A stretch of 64,000 nt of DNA, from assembly GCF_018350175.1 (NCBI RefSeq), contig NC_058368.1, positions 16,680,001 through 16,744,000 of the forward strand, in the 5' to 3' direction. Made by a program: the position numbers and the translations under genes. Below, in pieces: positions 1 through 12,481 of the stretch; positions within the stretch are counted from its first letter, which is position 1, and every line of letters begins with the position of its first letter. This stretch comes from Felis catus (taxonomy: Eukaryota). A model generated the notes under the pieces. It was not told the DNA's origin, ran no database searches, and worked only from the letters and a program-made list of their open reading frames with translations.

Positions 1-371
1 ACATCCCTATTCAAAAGAAGAAATCACAAAAGAAAACAGAAAATGTTTTGAATTAAACAAATATGCAACTCATAAACATTTGTGGAATGCTGCTAAAGTA
101 GTGGAAAAAAGTAACAGAGGGCAAAAATGTAGAGGCAGAGAAAAGTATTAGTATTAGTAGTAAAGTTTAAAGCACTACATGTTTATATTGGAAAAGAAGA
201 AAAACCTCAAAATAATCTAAGCTTCTACCTTAAGACACTAGAAATAGAAAAGCAAATTAAATATGCAGCAAGTAAGAGGAAGCTGAAATCCACGAAGTTG
301 AAAACACAAAAGTAATGAATAAAATTGAAATTGAGGAAGTCAAGATTATTCTTTGGATAGACTAATAAAGG

Positions 372-570
372 TTTTGTTTTGTTTTTAATGTTTATTTTTG
401 AGAGAGAGAGACTACAAGCCAGGGAGGGGCAGAGAGAGAGGGGGACAGAGAATCTGAAGCAGGCTCTGTGTTGACAGTAGAGAGCCCTATGTGGGGCTCG
501 AACTCATGAACCGCGATATCACAACCTGAGCTGAAGTCAGACGCTAACCATCTGAGGCACCCAGGCGCCG
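372..570 (-). mobile_element. Can-SINE (SINEC_Fc-type)
   Basis: T-rich tail, (GA)n tract, ends ctgaggcacccaggcgcc (reverse complement of the SINE head). Confidence 0.93.
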
Positions 571-1018
571 CAAAATTTGTTTTTTTTAGTTTGACAAGTC
601 TGTATGTTAAGCTATGCTCACAAGTGTAGCTACCACTTGTCACCTTATAAGACTATTACAATATCACTGACTATATTGCCTATGCTGTATCTTTCATCCC
701 CATGACTTATTAAACCTATAGTTAGCCAGACCAAGAAAAAAAAAATGGAAAGAAGAAACAAATTATCAATATCCAGAATACAAGATGTATTTACAAAACA
801 CTATAGATAGACATTAAAGGTTAATTATGGAATACAATGAACAACTGTATTCCCAGTAATTTGACAGCTTAGATGAAATGTAATAATTCTTGAATAATAA
901 ACTACTAAATAGTTCGTGATTAAATACTTGAGTACCACAACTGCTCAAAAAGAAATAGATAACCTAAATAGGCAGTTATCAATTAAACAAATTAAGTTCA
1001 TAGTAAAAATAGTAAACA

Positions 1019-1219
1019 GGGCATCTGGGTGGCTCAGTAAGTTAAGCCTCTGACTTTGGCTCAGGTCATGATCTCGCAGTCCATGAGTTCAAGCCCCACA
1101 TCGGTCTGTGTGCTTACAGCTTTGAATTCTGTGTGTGTGTGTCTCTCTCTGCTCTTGGCCCACTCATGCTCTGTCTCTCTTTCAAAAATAAATAAACATT
1201 AAAGATATTTTAAAAAATG
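1019..1219 (+). mobile_element. Can-SINE
   Basis: gggcatctgggtggctcag head, (CT)n tract, aaataaataaacatt tail, degenerate TSD aaaata(g/t)taaaca. Confidence 0.93.
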
Positions 1220-2039
1220 AAAATATTAAACAATAAAACTTTTGACAATGATGGTTTTATTAGAAAATTCCACAAAACAGTTAAGGAAGAAACAATGCCA
1301 ATTCTATGTAATCTTTTCCATCAAATGAGAAGAGCAGCCACTTCCCAACTTAACATCAAAACCAGTAAAGGGCATTACAAGAAAAGAAGTCAATAGAGCA
1401 ATATCCTTCATGGATAGATGCAAAAAGAGATGCAAAAATACTCAACTGCATATGAGTAAATTGATCCAGGAACATATTTAATGAAAAACAAAAGGACCAA
1501 ATTGAGTTTATTCTGGAATGCAATGCCAGCTTGAAATTTGGAATACAATATAATGTAATTTACCTAACTAATCAGTTAAAGGAGAATACTCATAAGACAA
1601 TCTAGATCAGTGTAAATATATAAAGGATTTGACAAAATTAAAAGTCCATTCATAATAAAACCCTCAACTGGCTACATATACACGGGAACTTCCTTAATAT
1701 GATAAAGGTCATCTACAAAAAATAACAACTATGGCTGATATCATACTTAATGTTGGAAAACTGAATGCTTTCCACCTATTTTTGGAAACAAGGTCAGGAT
1801 TTCTACTCTTACTGCTTTTACTCAATATTGTACTAAATAAATCCTTGCCAGTACAGTAATCCAGGAAAAAGAAATAGAAATTATGCATGTTTGGAAGATA
1901 CTTGTTACACAACAATCGATAACTAATTCAATGGGTTTCATAATTTTCAAGGATATATAGTAAATACTTTGTAGCTAGGGATTTCTATCATAAAACAATG
2001 GGTTGTTATCCTTGAGTGGTTTTATGTGGGGAGTAAAAT

Positions 2040-2405
2040 GATCACTTTGCTTTACACAAAGGTACCGGGTGCTGTGTCCAATGGAGTTGGGTGGTGGGAG
2101 AGAGAAAGGTAAAACACACACACACAGAATTCATTTATAAGGCTTATGTTCCAAATCTAAATGGGAGAAGAAGGAATTACAGCCTAAACTAAGACGGTTG
2201 TAGTAAAGACAGAAAATGGAGAGAGGAATTGAATAAGTCATGTTGTTTAATTGGATGTAGGGGTGAAGGAGACGGATAACACAGTTATCCAGTGATAACT
2301 CCAGGATCTTGAGCAATTGAGTAATTTTTCTCAAGATAGGGAACCCTGATAGAAAAGCTGGCTTAAGGGTAGGAGAGATGATGGATTCAGGTTTGCGCAT
2401 ATTTA
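2040..2405 (-). mobile_element. L2 fragment
   Basis: Purine-rich L2-like text (ttaattggatgtagggg...gatgatggattcaggtttg). Confidence 0.55.
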
Positions 2406-2419
2406 GCAGAAACAGCCTA

Positions 2420-2865
2420 TTATCTACTAAAGATCTGTTCTTCTCTCTTGGCCTACTAACTGAATCCCAGTTCTTAGTTGAGCATTTTGCCTTTTGGAAT
2501 AAAGACTAGATACTTCAATTTTACTTGGATCAGATGTAGCCATGTGACTAGCTTTTGGCCAATGAGATGACATCCCAAGGGTTGAACAGTAGAGCTAGTT
2601 AAAAAAGGAAGAGGCATTCCAGCTTTATCCCTTCTGGTTGTCTGAAATGAGGCCATTGTGACTGAAGTTCCAGCTAGTGCTAGTATGATTGTGGGGGAAG
2701 GAAGAAGAAGCCTGGATTCCTGATAAATCCAGAGCTTCCACACCAGTTTGGAACCATGTAACCCTAGATTTATTTTTCATAGCAGAGAGTTAAATGTTCA
2801 TGTGTTTTAGATATTGTTCTTTTGGGTTTTCTTTTATATGAATTTAAAATGATCCTAACTAATAA
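2420..2865. mobile_element. Old ERVL/MaLR LTR (MLT1J/LTR16-like)
   Basis: gccatgtgactagcttttggccaatgagatg, gagcctggattcctga and terminal atcctaactaata motifs. Confidence 0.6.
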
Positions 2866-3429
2866 AGCACATGATTCAAATATAAAGTCTTCATCTCTAT
2901 ATAGACTATGGGTTTGAAGAGAGAACATTGTTTCCAAAAATAAATAATGGCAAAAAATTCAATCTTTAACGTGGGAAGAAGCACTATAGTAATATCTGGG
3001 AAAACATGGAAAAGTCTCTTATATCCAGATATCTGCCACTTATAATATCCTTTCCAGAAATAGTTGCCAATACTCCCGAACATTTCCCAAACTCACTATT
3101 TATTTGCAAACAAATTTTCTCCCGAAATGGTTCATGGGTTTTTGTCTCTTCTGTGTCTTCTGTCTCCACCATCCCAAAATCTCATACGAATTCTTTTTCT
3201 CTGGTTAGATTTTCTGTTACACAATGTAAAATAATCTTTAGTCCAACTTTGGTTCTTTCTTGTTCTTGCTCTCTTTATTTTAATTAGACTGAAAGAATTC
3301 CTAAGACAAAAGCAAGCTGATTCAGAATCTTCTTTAGAACTACACGATGGAAGAGTTAGAGTAATATGTGGAATATGCTTATATTAATATTTCTGGACTT
3401 TATTCAGACAGATTGAGAGTAGGATATTT

Positions 3430-3905
3430 TTGAGCCATCTAAGTAAAGATGTTTAGTGGACACTTCTATATAAGAGTCTGAAGCTCAGAGTGGAATTTTA
3501 GGGTAGATATATGAATTTGGGATTTGTTAATATAGTCACAGTAATTGAAACCATGGTGATTGATGAGATTTCTTAAGTTAGGAATGTGAAGTCAAAAAAA
3601 AAAAAAAAAAATGCCTGAGACCAGAGATGCCTGGGTGGCTTAATTGGTTAAGCGTCCGACTTCAGCACAGGTCATGATCTCGCAGTTCATGAGTTGAGTC
3701 CTGCATCGGGCCTGGAGCCTGCTTTGGATTCTGTGCCTCCCTCTGTCTCCGCCCCTCCCCAACTCATCTGTCTCTCTCTCTCTCTCTCAAAAATAAATAA
3801 ACATTAAAAAAATTAAAAAAAAAAAGTGCCTGAGACCAAATGCTGAGTTAAATGTTCTTCATTTAATTCCTGAGCAGAGGTCAATGAACTGGCAAAGGAA
3901 CTGAG
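3430..3905 (-). mobile_element. L2 fragment interrupted by a SINE
   Basis: gagtctgaagctcagag...atatgaatttggga...gtaattgaaaccatgg...gatgagat matches the L2 body. Confidence 0.65.
3624..3822 (+). mobile_element. Can-SINE
   Basis: SINE head, CT tract and tail; TSD tgcctgagacca on both sides. Confidence 0.93.
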
Positions 3906-5429
3906 AAATCTCAAGACATGTATCTGTTCCAAATTAGTTTCCACTTATTCAGACCAGTTCAGAAAATGGTTTCCACTGGCTATATTGCTGGACTGATGAA
4001 TATGAATTTCCCAAGACGGCAAAGGAGATATACCTAACAGTCGATGTATTGAATGATTATGAGCTTATGGTGATTTTATGGGCAGAATGTTGCATGAAAT
4101 TGGTAGATTTCAGTTCACCATCTGAAAGAGCAGTTGAATGAAGTGAATCACATAACATAATTCATGTTGATCCAATTAAGCCTCCTTCCTGATTGAAAAA
4201 GTTTAGGCTCAGTTCTGAAGGGCTAGGTTCTGAAGGTAAAGGCTAGCATCTCAAAGGACTTGCGTAGTGCAGCTGTAACACAGGTTTTATTCAAGGTCTA
4301 AAATTCAAACGTAACGCTGCCTGCTATGGAAATTTTATTAAAGCCATTCTGATAGTCTCGAACTATTAACATACTTGGAAGATAAACTTCCATATATTGA
4401 CTTATTTTGCCAATGTTTCTCATATAACGAGAACTTAAAAAAAAATCCTGATATCTGCAAGCTTATCATTTTGCTTTGTTTTTCACATAAAATCATTTAC
4501 AACAAAATGCTACCGTTATTTTTTACTTCTTACTTATTTAGATTCCAAGTAAATAGAAGTTTTTCCAGCAAAATCTGAGCAAATCAGTTGTTTCCATCTG
4601 TTTAAGTTTACTTAGGTCATCTAAATGTCTTCTTCCTAAAAGATTAGAAATATGAATAAGGTATAAAACATTTAGATATTCAGATATACCTCTTTGAAAA
4701 TTATTCTTTTCTCCTATTTATAATGTCTAATTTTCAGTAATAGATTGCAACACGTGCTTAATTATTTTGTAATTGTTTATTTAAATCATTGAATATTTAT
4801 TAACAAGTAAATTTTGACTAGGAAGTACACTTGATTTTCTTATAAAAGAAAAACTGGAAGAGTAACATTTATTTCTTTCCTTCTTGCTCAGAAGCTACTA
4901 CATTGAATCACTATTATCTACTTGTAGTTGAGCACTGCCTCATCACTCTCTTTGATACATGACTTCCCTCATTTCAAGGAGCTCTTTTAAATGCTTCTTT
5001 ACATCATAAATTTATTTATATTAAGGTTTTTAAAAGGGCTACAGTTTTAGCCTCATCTTAACCGAAGTTTTAACCATCTGAATTATATCAGTTTTCAGTG
5101 AGCATTATCTATTTTAATGAAATACTCTTCTATCTGTCTCAAATATTTAGCCTTCATTTATAACTAGAAATGCAGAACTAGGGGAAAAAATGCCCCTTTT
5201 CCATCCTATGGTACATTATTAGTTTATGCAGATAAAATTTCAAGAATTGAAAAATTAAAGTAAAATATCTCTTTTGTATAGTAGTACAAATTATTTTTTA
5301 AATAAAAAAATAAACACAGTAACACGTTGTAAGGATAATTATACCATTCAAAAATTGGGAAAAATAACTTCTGAAACATCATTCAGAGCATATGTCTATT
5401 TCCCCCCTCTGATTCCCATTTCAAAAGGA

Positions 5430-5641
5430 GCAAAGTTTGAGATCCTGATTCTGAGTGGCAATTTAGCTCTGCTACTTATTAGTTGGGTGATCTTGAGCAA
5501 AACATTTCATTTTTTTCATGCATCACCTTCATCATCTGTGAAGTGAGAATGTAATAGGGCCTGATTCACAACGTAGTTATGATGTTTACATGAATTGATA
5601 GCCATAAGCACTGAAAATACTGTTTGACACAAAGGAAATGC
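5430..5641 (+). mobile_element. MIR
   Basis: Core ctctgctacttattagttgggtgatcttgagcaa...catctgtgaagtgagaat. Confidence 0.8.
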
Positions 5642-5673
<32 letters not shown>

Positions 5674-5692
5674 TATATACATATATATATAA
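5642..5692. repeat. (TA)n microsatellite
   Basis: Direct inspection. Confidence 0.95.
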
Positions 5693-6002
5693 ATATTTTT
5701 TTTAATAAAATGTACTATCAGTTATTTCCAAACACCTACCTTCAGATAAGCTTTGGTCCATTTTGAAGTTTAGTCCACTTTACGGCCAAAAGGAGACACA
5801 GTAAAATACAGGGAGACTTATAAAAAACAAAATTCATTCACTTGATAGAATTCTTCTTTATTATGAAATGATATGTTTGTTTATACTATTTTGGTTTATA
5901 CTATATATCCTTTTTACAAAATATTAAACCAGTAGATGATCATTATTGTCCTTATAGTCACTATGTATGCATTTAATATCTAGAGAAAAAGCAGTGTTAC
6001 AA

Positions 6003-6240
6003 TTTTTTTTATTTTTATTAAAGAAATTTTTTTGTTTACCTTTATTTATTTTTGAGACACAGAGAGAGACAGAGCGTGAGCAGGGGAGGGGCAGAGAGAG
6101 AGGGAGACACAGAATCCGAAGCAGGCTTCAGGCTCCAAGCTGTCAGCACAGAGCCTGATGGGGGGCTCAAACCATAAACCATGAGATCATGACCTGAGCC
6201 GAAGTTGGATGCTCAACCGACTGAGACACCCAGGTGCCCC
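6003..6240 (-). mobile_element. Can-SINE
   Basis: Full length; TSD agcagtgttacaa at 5990-6002 and 6241-6253. Confidence 0.95.
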
Positions 6241-7062
6241 AGCAGTGTTACAAAATTTAAAACTACTTTAGCCAAAGTGTTTGGAATTTTATTATTCCAT
6301 GAACTGAAAAGTTCGTAAACCACTGACTCAGAAAATGTACCCCAATCTATATTTCTCTAGGGCTATTTATTTGCAAAGCAGCTAGGATGTAGTAGAAATA
6401 CTCTGCGTATAAAATGAGAAGACCTGAATTAAAATCCATTTCTGTTTATCACTTCTTTGTCACAATAAGCCAACAGCTTTTCTTAATTCACATTTTCTTA
6501 TCTTAAAAACAGTTAAAATGGTATTTCTGCTTTCAAAGTGTAACTAGTACAAAACTTGACATTGTAACAAAAACACCTATAAAATTGTACAAAACGCATG
6601 AGTCAACTATTTTCAGGCATTGGATAAGAGGCGCTTTGGGTCAGTGATCCCTGAGGAATGAAAAACAAATGGTGTGAGCCTCAAGATTGCCCAAGAATTG
6701 ACCTGCTTCCAGGGAAATGGAGGCAAACCTAAGTAAAAGTCTTGCTTAACTAAGGAGACCGAGTCCGGGTTTGCAAGGTATTGAGGCAGCAGGAATTTGT
6801 AGGATAAAATAAATACCCGCGAAAGAGGAACTGTTGAGGGGAAGGTTACCTATAAGTGCACATGAATTTAATTCTTCCTTGGCCAATGGATAGGCTGAAA
6901 AATCAACAGGCAAAGCTCTTTGGTTCCTAGCAGAGAAGGGGTCCTGTGGGGAGAACCCTGAATACTGAGAGGCCAGCAGAGCTGGGGGACACGAGTTACA
7001 GTTCACCAGAGTAGAAAGTAATTATTCAGCACACTGGCCATCAGTTGAGACCCTTAAAAGAC

Positions 7063-7276
7063 CATTTTTTAAATGTTTATTTATTTCTGAGGGAGACAGA
7101 GAGAGAGAGTGAGCGAGCAAGCAGGTGAGGGTCAGAGAGAGAGGGGGACAGAGGATATGAAGTGGGCTCTCTGATGACAGCAGACAGCCTGATGTGGGGC
7201 TCAAACTCACGAACCGTGAGACCATGACCTGAACCAAAGTTGGACGCTTAATTGACTGAGCCACCCAGGTGCTCCA
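7063..7276 (-). mobile_element. Can-SINE
   Basis: Full-length reverse-complement SINE; flanking aagacc duplication. Confidence 0.93.
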
Positions 7277-8217
7277 AGACCTTATTTTTAGTAAAGACCA
7301 CATCCAAGAGTAAGGGCAGAGCCATAGGACTAAGTTCAAAAAATAAAACAGGTATGCATTAACAACAAACGAATCCAAGTCTGACAGGGCCAAAATTATC
7401 CACCAGCAGTTTATCTGTCAAAACAATATTCAACACGTTTTAACAAATTTGGCATTATCCAGATGCCCTACAGCTATTATATGCAACGTCCAGCTTACAG
7501 TACAGCGTTACTAAATGTGCAAAGGCAAACACATATGTGTCAAAAGAAAACTCAGTATATAGTATTAAACACTTGGATACTTCAATATTGTAATTCACAC
7601 GAGAAAAATATAAAACAAAAGCTGTTATTTTGGATATTTTCAAGGACTTAAATATGTGGTGATAATACATGAAGAGATGGGAGAAATCATGAAAATGTGA
7701 AAAATTCAAAATGTAAGATAAGATTATATAAAAGATACATAAAATGTACTGGGAGAGCTTAATAGATTGTGAATGGGAGAAGAAAAATTCAGTGAACTTG
7801 AAATTGCATTGTTGGAAATTCTTTGATTCAACGAACAGATAGAAAAAGCAAATTTAAAAATAAGCTTCATAAGTCCTGAGACAGTCTTGTTTAATATGGA
7901 GGTGTAATTAGAAACACAAAAAGGAAAAGACAGTGATTAGTTGCAATACATATTTGATTAATAATAGCCACTCCTTTTTTATATTAAGGAGTTCAGCCAA
8001 CTTTAAACCTCAAGGATAAATATAGAAAAAAATAAAAACAAGGGCATCATTTGAAAGTGCTGATGACCAAACATAAATAGAAAAATGTTAAAGCTGCAAA
8101 GTCAAAAAAAAGACTCATTACACATAATAGAATAGCAATAAGGACTGTATTTTTACCATTAGAAACAAAGATAAAGACCAGACGACAATAGAGAAACATC
8201 TTTAAAAGTGCTAAAAT

Positions 8218-8445
8218 GGGGCGCCTGGGTGGCTCAGTCGGTTAAGCGTCCGACTTCAGCTTAGGTCATGATCTCACGGTCTGTGAGTTCGAGCCCCGAG
8301 TCAGGCTCTGTGCTGACAGCTCAGAGCCTGGAGCCTGTTTCAGATTCTGTGTCTCCCTCTCTCTCTGCCCCTCCCCTGTTCACGCTCTGTCTCTCTCTGT
8401 CTCAAAAATAAATAAACGTTAAAAAAAAAATTAAAAAAAATAAAT
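8218..8445 (+). mobile_element. Young Can-SINE (SINEC_Fc)
   Basis: Near consensus with CpGs retained; perfect TSD aaaagtgctaaaat at 8204-8217 and 8446-8459. Confidence 0.97.
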
Positions 8446-8745
8446 AAAAGTGCTAAAATGACAAAAAAAAGGATAAGCCATCAACCCAAAATTATATTAA
8501 AAAACAAAAGTGTTCATTAACAATGGTGAAATAAAATTTCAGATAACATAACCAAAAAGAATTCACAACCAGCGGACTCGCACTATGAGACATACTAATA
8601 GATGCTATTTAGTTTGAAGGAACTAATATATTGAAAGGGATGAAAAGATCTAAAAACTGTAAATATGTGGAAAATATACATACAAATAAATAAATGTGTA
8701 CATATATACACACATCTTTAATTCTCTCATTTTTAAAAAAGCATT

Positions 8746-8910
8746 GGGGTGCCTGGGTGGCTCCGTTGGTTAAGCGACTGACTTCAACTCAGGTCATAAT
8801 CACATGGTCGTGAGTTCGAGCCCTGTGTTGAGCTCTGTGCTGACAGCTTGGAGCCTGGAGCCTGCTTCAGATTCTGTGTCTCCCCTCTCTCCCTGAGACC
8901 CCTCCTCTGC

Positions 8911-8947
<37 letters not shown>

Positions 8948-8980
8948 AATAAATAAACATTAATAAAATAAAAAAAGAAA
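8746..8980 (+). mobile_element. Can-SINE
   Basis: Head ggggtgcctgggtggctc, long (CT)n, A-rich tail. Confidence 0.95.
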
Positions 8981-9059
8981 AAAAAGCACTACACTATTTA
9001 AAACAAAATAGGTAATATTACATACAGTTATATATATCTATTAATATATACCGTTGTAC

Positions 9060-9843
9060 ACAGGTTCTTACATTCTTTATCTTGAATAGGTATTGAATTT
9101 TGTCAAATGATGTAATGGCATCAATTGATGTAATTATGTATTTCTTTAAAATGTTTTTAGGTTTATTTATTTTGAGAGAGACAGAGACAGCATGAGTGGG
9201 GGAGGGGCAGAGAGAGAGGGAGAGAAAGAATGAAAGAATCCCAAGCCGGATGCAGAGATCAAACCCATGAAGCCGCGACATCATGATCTGAGCGGAAGTC
9301 AAGAGTCAGACATTTAACTGTCGGAGCCACCCAGGCACCCCAATTATGCATTTGTTTTAGACAGTAAATATGACAGATTATAGTAATTGACTTTCAAAGA
9401 TTGATCCTGCCCTCCATTTTTAGAATAATTTTCACTTTGTCATGGTGCATTTCTCTTTTGGTATATTATTTGAATCTATATTTTAATATTTTGTTGAGGA
9501 TTTTTGCATGCATAGTCACAAGGAGTCTTTATTTACTTATTTTGCAGCCATGTTCATGAGAGTCTTTAGTTTTGTTACTTTTGTGCTAATGTCTTTCTTT
9601 TTGACAGTATTCAAAAACTGGCCTCATAAAATGAGTTGAGATGTTTTCTCTTTTTATGTTTTTCTGGAAAAGGTTTTGTAAAATTTTGGAGAACTCACCC
9701 ATGAAAACATCTGGACCCAGAACTTTGTTTTCAGAAACTTTTTTTTAGCATGAATTCAATTTCTTTGATTATGAATTCAATTTTTGACCATGAATTCAGT
9801 AGTTACAGGCATATTCAGATTGCCTATTTCAACCTGGGTGAGG

Positions 9844-9874
<31 letters not shown>

Positions 9875-9925
9875 CCAGTTTTTGGATTTTGAGAAATCGG
9901 TCTATATCATTTAAGTTCTAGAATT
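9060..9925 (-). mobile_element. L1 ORF2 fragment (RT N-terminal region), antisense
   Basis: Reverse complement encodes SIDA..FDKIQ-like text; atattttgttgaggatttttgcat and catctggacccag are typical antisense ORF2. Confidence 0.8.
9145..9341 (-). mobile_element. Can-SINE
   Basis: TSD aattatg(t/c)attt. Confidence 0.93.
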
Positions 9926-10031
9926 CAACTCTAAGAAAATAAATAATCCCTTTACAAAATAGGAAAAGAGACTTGTACAGATTATTTGCCAGAGGATATA
10001 CAGATGAAGAACGTTATGAAAAGATATTCAA

Positions 10032-10243
10032 GGGGCGCCTGGGTGGCTCAGTCAGTTGAGCGTCCGACTTCGGCTCAGGTCATGATCTCGCGGTCCGTGA
10101 GTTCGAGCCCCGCATCGGGCTCTGTGCTGATGGCTCAGAGCCTGGAGCCTGCTTCGGTTTCTGTGCCTCCCTCTCTCTCTGCCCTCCCCTACTCGTGCTC
10201 TGTCTCTGTCTCTTAAAAATGAGTAAATATTAAAAAAAATTTT
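10032..10243 (+). mobile_element. Can-SINE (fairly young)
   Basis: CpG-retaining; TSD tgaaaag(a/t)tattcaa. Confidence 0.96.
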
Positions 10244-10523
10244 GAAAAGTTATTCAACATCATTAGCCATTAGAGAAATGCTAATTAAAACCATGATGAG
10301 CTAACATTACGCAGATATTAGAATGGCTAACTTTTTTAAAACAAAAATACTCTAAAAAGTCAATATCATAAGGTCACATACTATATTGTTCCATTTATTT
10401 AATATTCTCAAAATGAATGACAAAAGCATAGTGATGAACAGATCAGAATTTACCAAGGCTTTAGGTTGGGGAGAAAGTAAGTCTAAGCAGAGATAACTCT
10501 GTGTGTGTGTGGGCAGTGTGTAC

Positions 10524-10546
10524 GGGGGGGGGGGGGGGGGGGGGGG
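10524..10546 (+). repeat. G23 homopolymer
   Basis: Direct count. Confidence 0.9.
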
Positions 10547-10929
10547 CGTTCTTTGAGATTATGAAGCAATTTGTTTCTCTCTCTCTCTCTCTCTCTCTAT
10601 CATCTATCTACTGTCCATACATCCACCTATCATAAGTTTTCTAGAGCTGTATATCAAATAAGATTACTTGTTTCAATATTGTACTGTGGTAATGTAAGAG
10701 GCTATCATTGAGGGAAGCTAGAGTCGGAGTAAATGGGGCTCAATGAAGTATTTTTGAACTTCATATGAATCTAATATTTAGAAGAGTCACTTAGAAATAT
10801 AAAGCATACATAATAGATGAAAATTTGGTAGGTTCTGGTACTACATAATAGATGAAACAAACAAACAAATAAATAAATGGCACATGGCCATGCTAAATGC
10901 TCCTCAAAGTCTATAGTTTACAAAATAGA

Positions 10930-11190
10930 TCTAATCAGAGGAACCCTTTTGTGTAAACAAAAGTTTATCATAAAAATGAAATGAAGAACGAAAGAAACAT
11001 CAGAACACTTTCCTTTTGGCCTCAAGAAAAGGGAAAACTAGCAAGCTATGGATGGGAAAAAGAACCTCAGGCAGTCTCTAGAAGCTGAGAGAGACCCTCT
11101 GTCAACATCCACCAAAACACAGGAACCCTCAGCCCGTATAGCAAGAAGTAAATTCTGCCAACAACTTGAATGAGGTCAGAAAAAGATCTA
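10930..11190 (+). mobile_element. MaLR LTR fragment (MLT1D/E-like)
   Basis: ctctagaagctgagag...gaaccctcagcc...aattctgccaacaacttgaatgag. Confidence 0.75.
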
Positions 11191-11359
11191 GGTTAGAGAA
11201 GCTTAGATCTCTGTTATAATTACCTTGCAGTCAACTGATTAGTAACATCCTTACTGATGTGATAGCCCATCACATACCCAGGCCTCTCCAACACTCGAGG
11301 GGACGGCATTATAAATGAGCGTGTACACCGACTTCTTTTTCATGTAGAAGAGATACCAT

Positions 11360-11495
11360 ACAGTTAATGTTTTTCTCTTTCTGACTTGTTTTATTTTGCA
11401 TAATGTCCTCAGGTGGTATATCCATCCATTCATCCATCCGTCCACCCATCCATATTATCACAAATGACAGAATTTCCTTATTTTTTAAGGCTGAG

Positions 11496-11497
<2 letters not shown>
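11360..11497 (-). mobile_element. L1 3' fragment
   Basis: ctgacttgttttattttgcataatgtcctcagg...aaatgacagaatttccttattttttaaggctgagtaata. Confidence 0.8.
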
Positions 11498-11540
<43 letters not shown>

Positions 11541-11550
11541 TATGTATACG

Positions 11551-11588
<38 letters not shown>

Positions 11589-11697
11589 TATGTATACGTA
11601 TATATATATATATATATACATATATATACATATATATATACACACATAGAGAGAGAGAGAGAGAGACAGAGAGACACAGATAGAGACAGAGAGAGAG
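11498..11697. repeat. Compound microsatellite (TA)n(CA)n-TATGTATACG twice, then (GA)n
   Basis: Direct inspection; source of the YI/VC-repeat ORFs. Confidence 0.95.
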
Positions 11698-12481
11698 GAA
11701 AATATCCAGTGGATTTTTTTTTTTTGGTCTGGCATGTAACATAAAATGTTACAAATATTAGGGCTAAATGGTAGTGAACAATTTTTACTGTAGGGGACAT
11801 CTGCTTCACAGAGGCTTCTGTGCAGGAAGCATGGTCTTGGGCTCTCCCAAATCAGGAAGCCCATGCAGATATTGAGGGATCCTCCACAATTTGTTCAAAA
11901 TATACACACATTTTCAATTTCAGTGAACATCAAATTTCATTCTAGATAAATTTCAACAATCCTCACTCCTATCCAGAATAGATGAGAGTATACTTTTCCC
12001 AGTAAAGAACTGAAAATCATCAATTTTTAAACTATTGCCCATGTGACAAAATTGAAAATTACCATCGAACGTTGGCAATTTGGAGTTTTCTGGTTACTTA
12101 TGAAGATTAACATCTTTAAATTTATTTTAAAATATTGAGCTTTCTAGTAATAAATTAGGCATATTTCTGTATTTATTTTTGTTTTGTAATTTTAGGGGCT
12201 ATTTTCATTCTAGGAATGTTAAGTCTTTAATAGTGTGAATATTTTTGAAATCTATTTGATTCTTGCTGATCTCATCCAGTGTATTTTCTTTCCTTTAGTT
12301 TTGTATGATCTTAAAATTTGAGAGTGTGCACAGTATTTGTTGAAAAAAACCAAATCAATGATTAGAATGTGTTTATATGACATAGCCTAAGAGCGAGAAG
12401 ATTCTACACTTCAGAGATACCAGGGGCTCAGTATCCACAGGTGATTATACCAATTGTAAATCCACCACTAGAACTAACATT

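Larger units (their letters stand above)
1..1930 (+). mobile_element. Old L1 (L1M-type) ORF2 fragment, end of endonuclease through RT, degenerate and interrupted by two SINEs
   Basis: A-rich strand with remnants of ORF2 motifs: gatgcaaaaatactcaac (DAKILN), tttgacaaaattaaaagtccattcat (FDKIQHPF-like), ggaaacaaggtcagga...ttactcaatattgtact (GTRQG..LFNIVL-like). Confidence 0.85.
6600..9050 (+). mobile_element. Old L1 5'UTR/ORF1 region (L1M-type), interrupted by three SINEs
   Basis: 5'UTR-like gtgatccctgag...gtgagcctcaagattgccc; ORF1-like A-rich text (attcagtgaacttgaa, gaattcacaaccagcggactcgcacta). Confidence 0.7.
9926..10800 (+). mobile_element. L1 ORF2 3' end and 3'UTR (L1MB/MC-like)
   Basis: ttcaacatcattagccattagagaaatgctaattaaaaccatgatgag and ggtcacatactatattgttccatttat motifs. 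Confidence 0.75.

Noticed and set aside
2984..3287. Overlapping 62-93 aa ORFs
   Set aside because: No recognisable domain, an in-frame stop just upstream of the minus ORF, and no convincing splice sites
3953..4141. 62-codon open frame after a CAG (TSSENGFHWLYCW...)
   Set aside because: No recognisable homology and no linked exon; this length is expected by chance
11309..11864. 166-aa and 128-aa ORFs
   Set aside because: Read-through of (TA)/(CA)/(GA) microsatellite and L1 sequence
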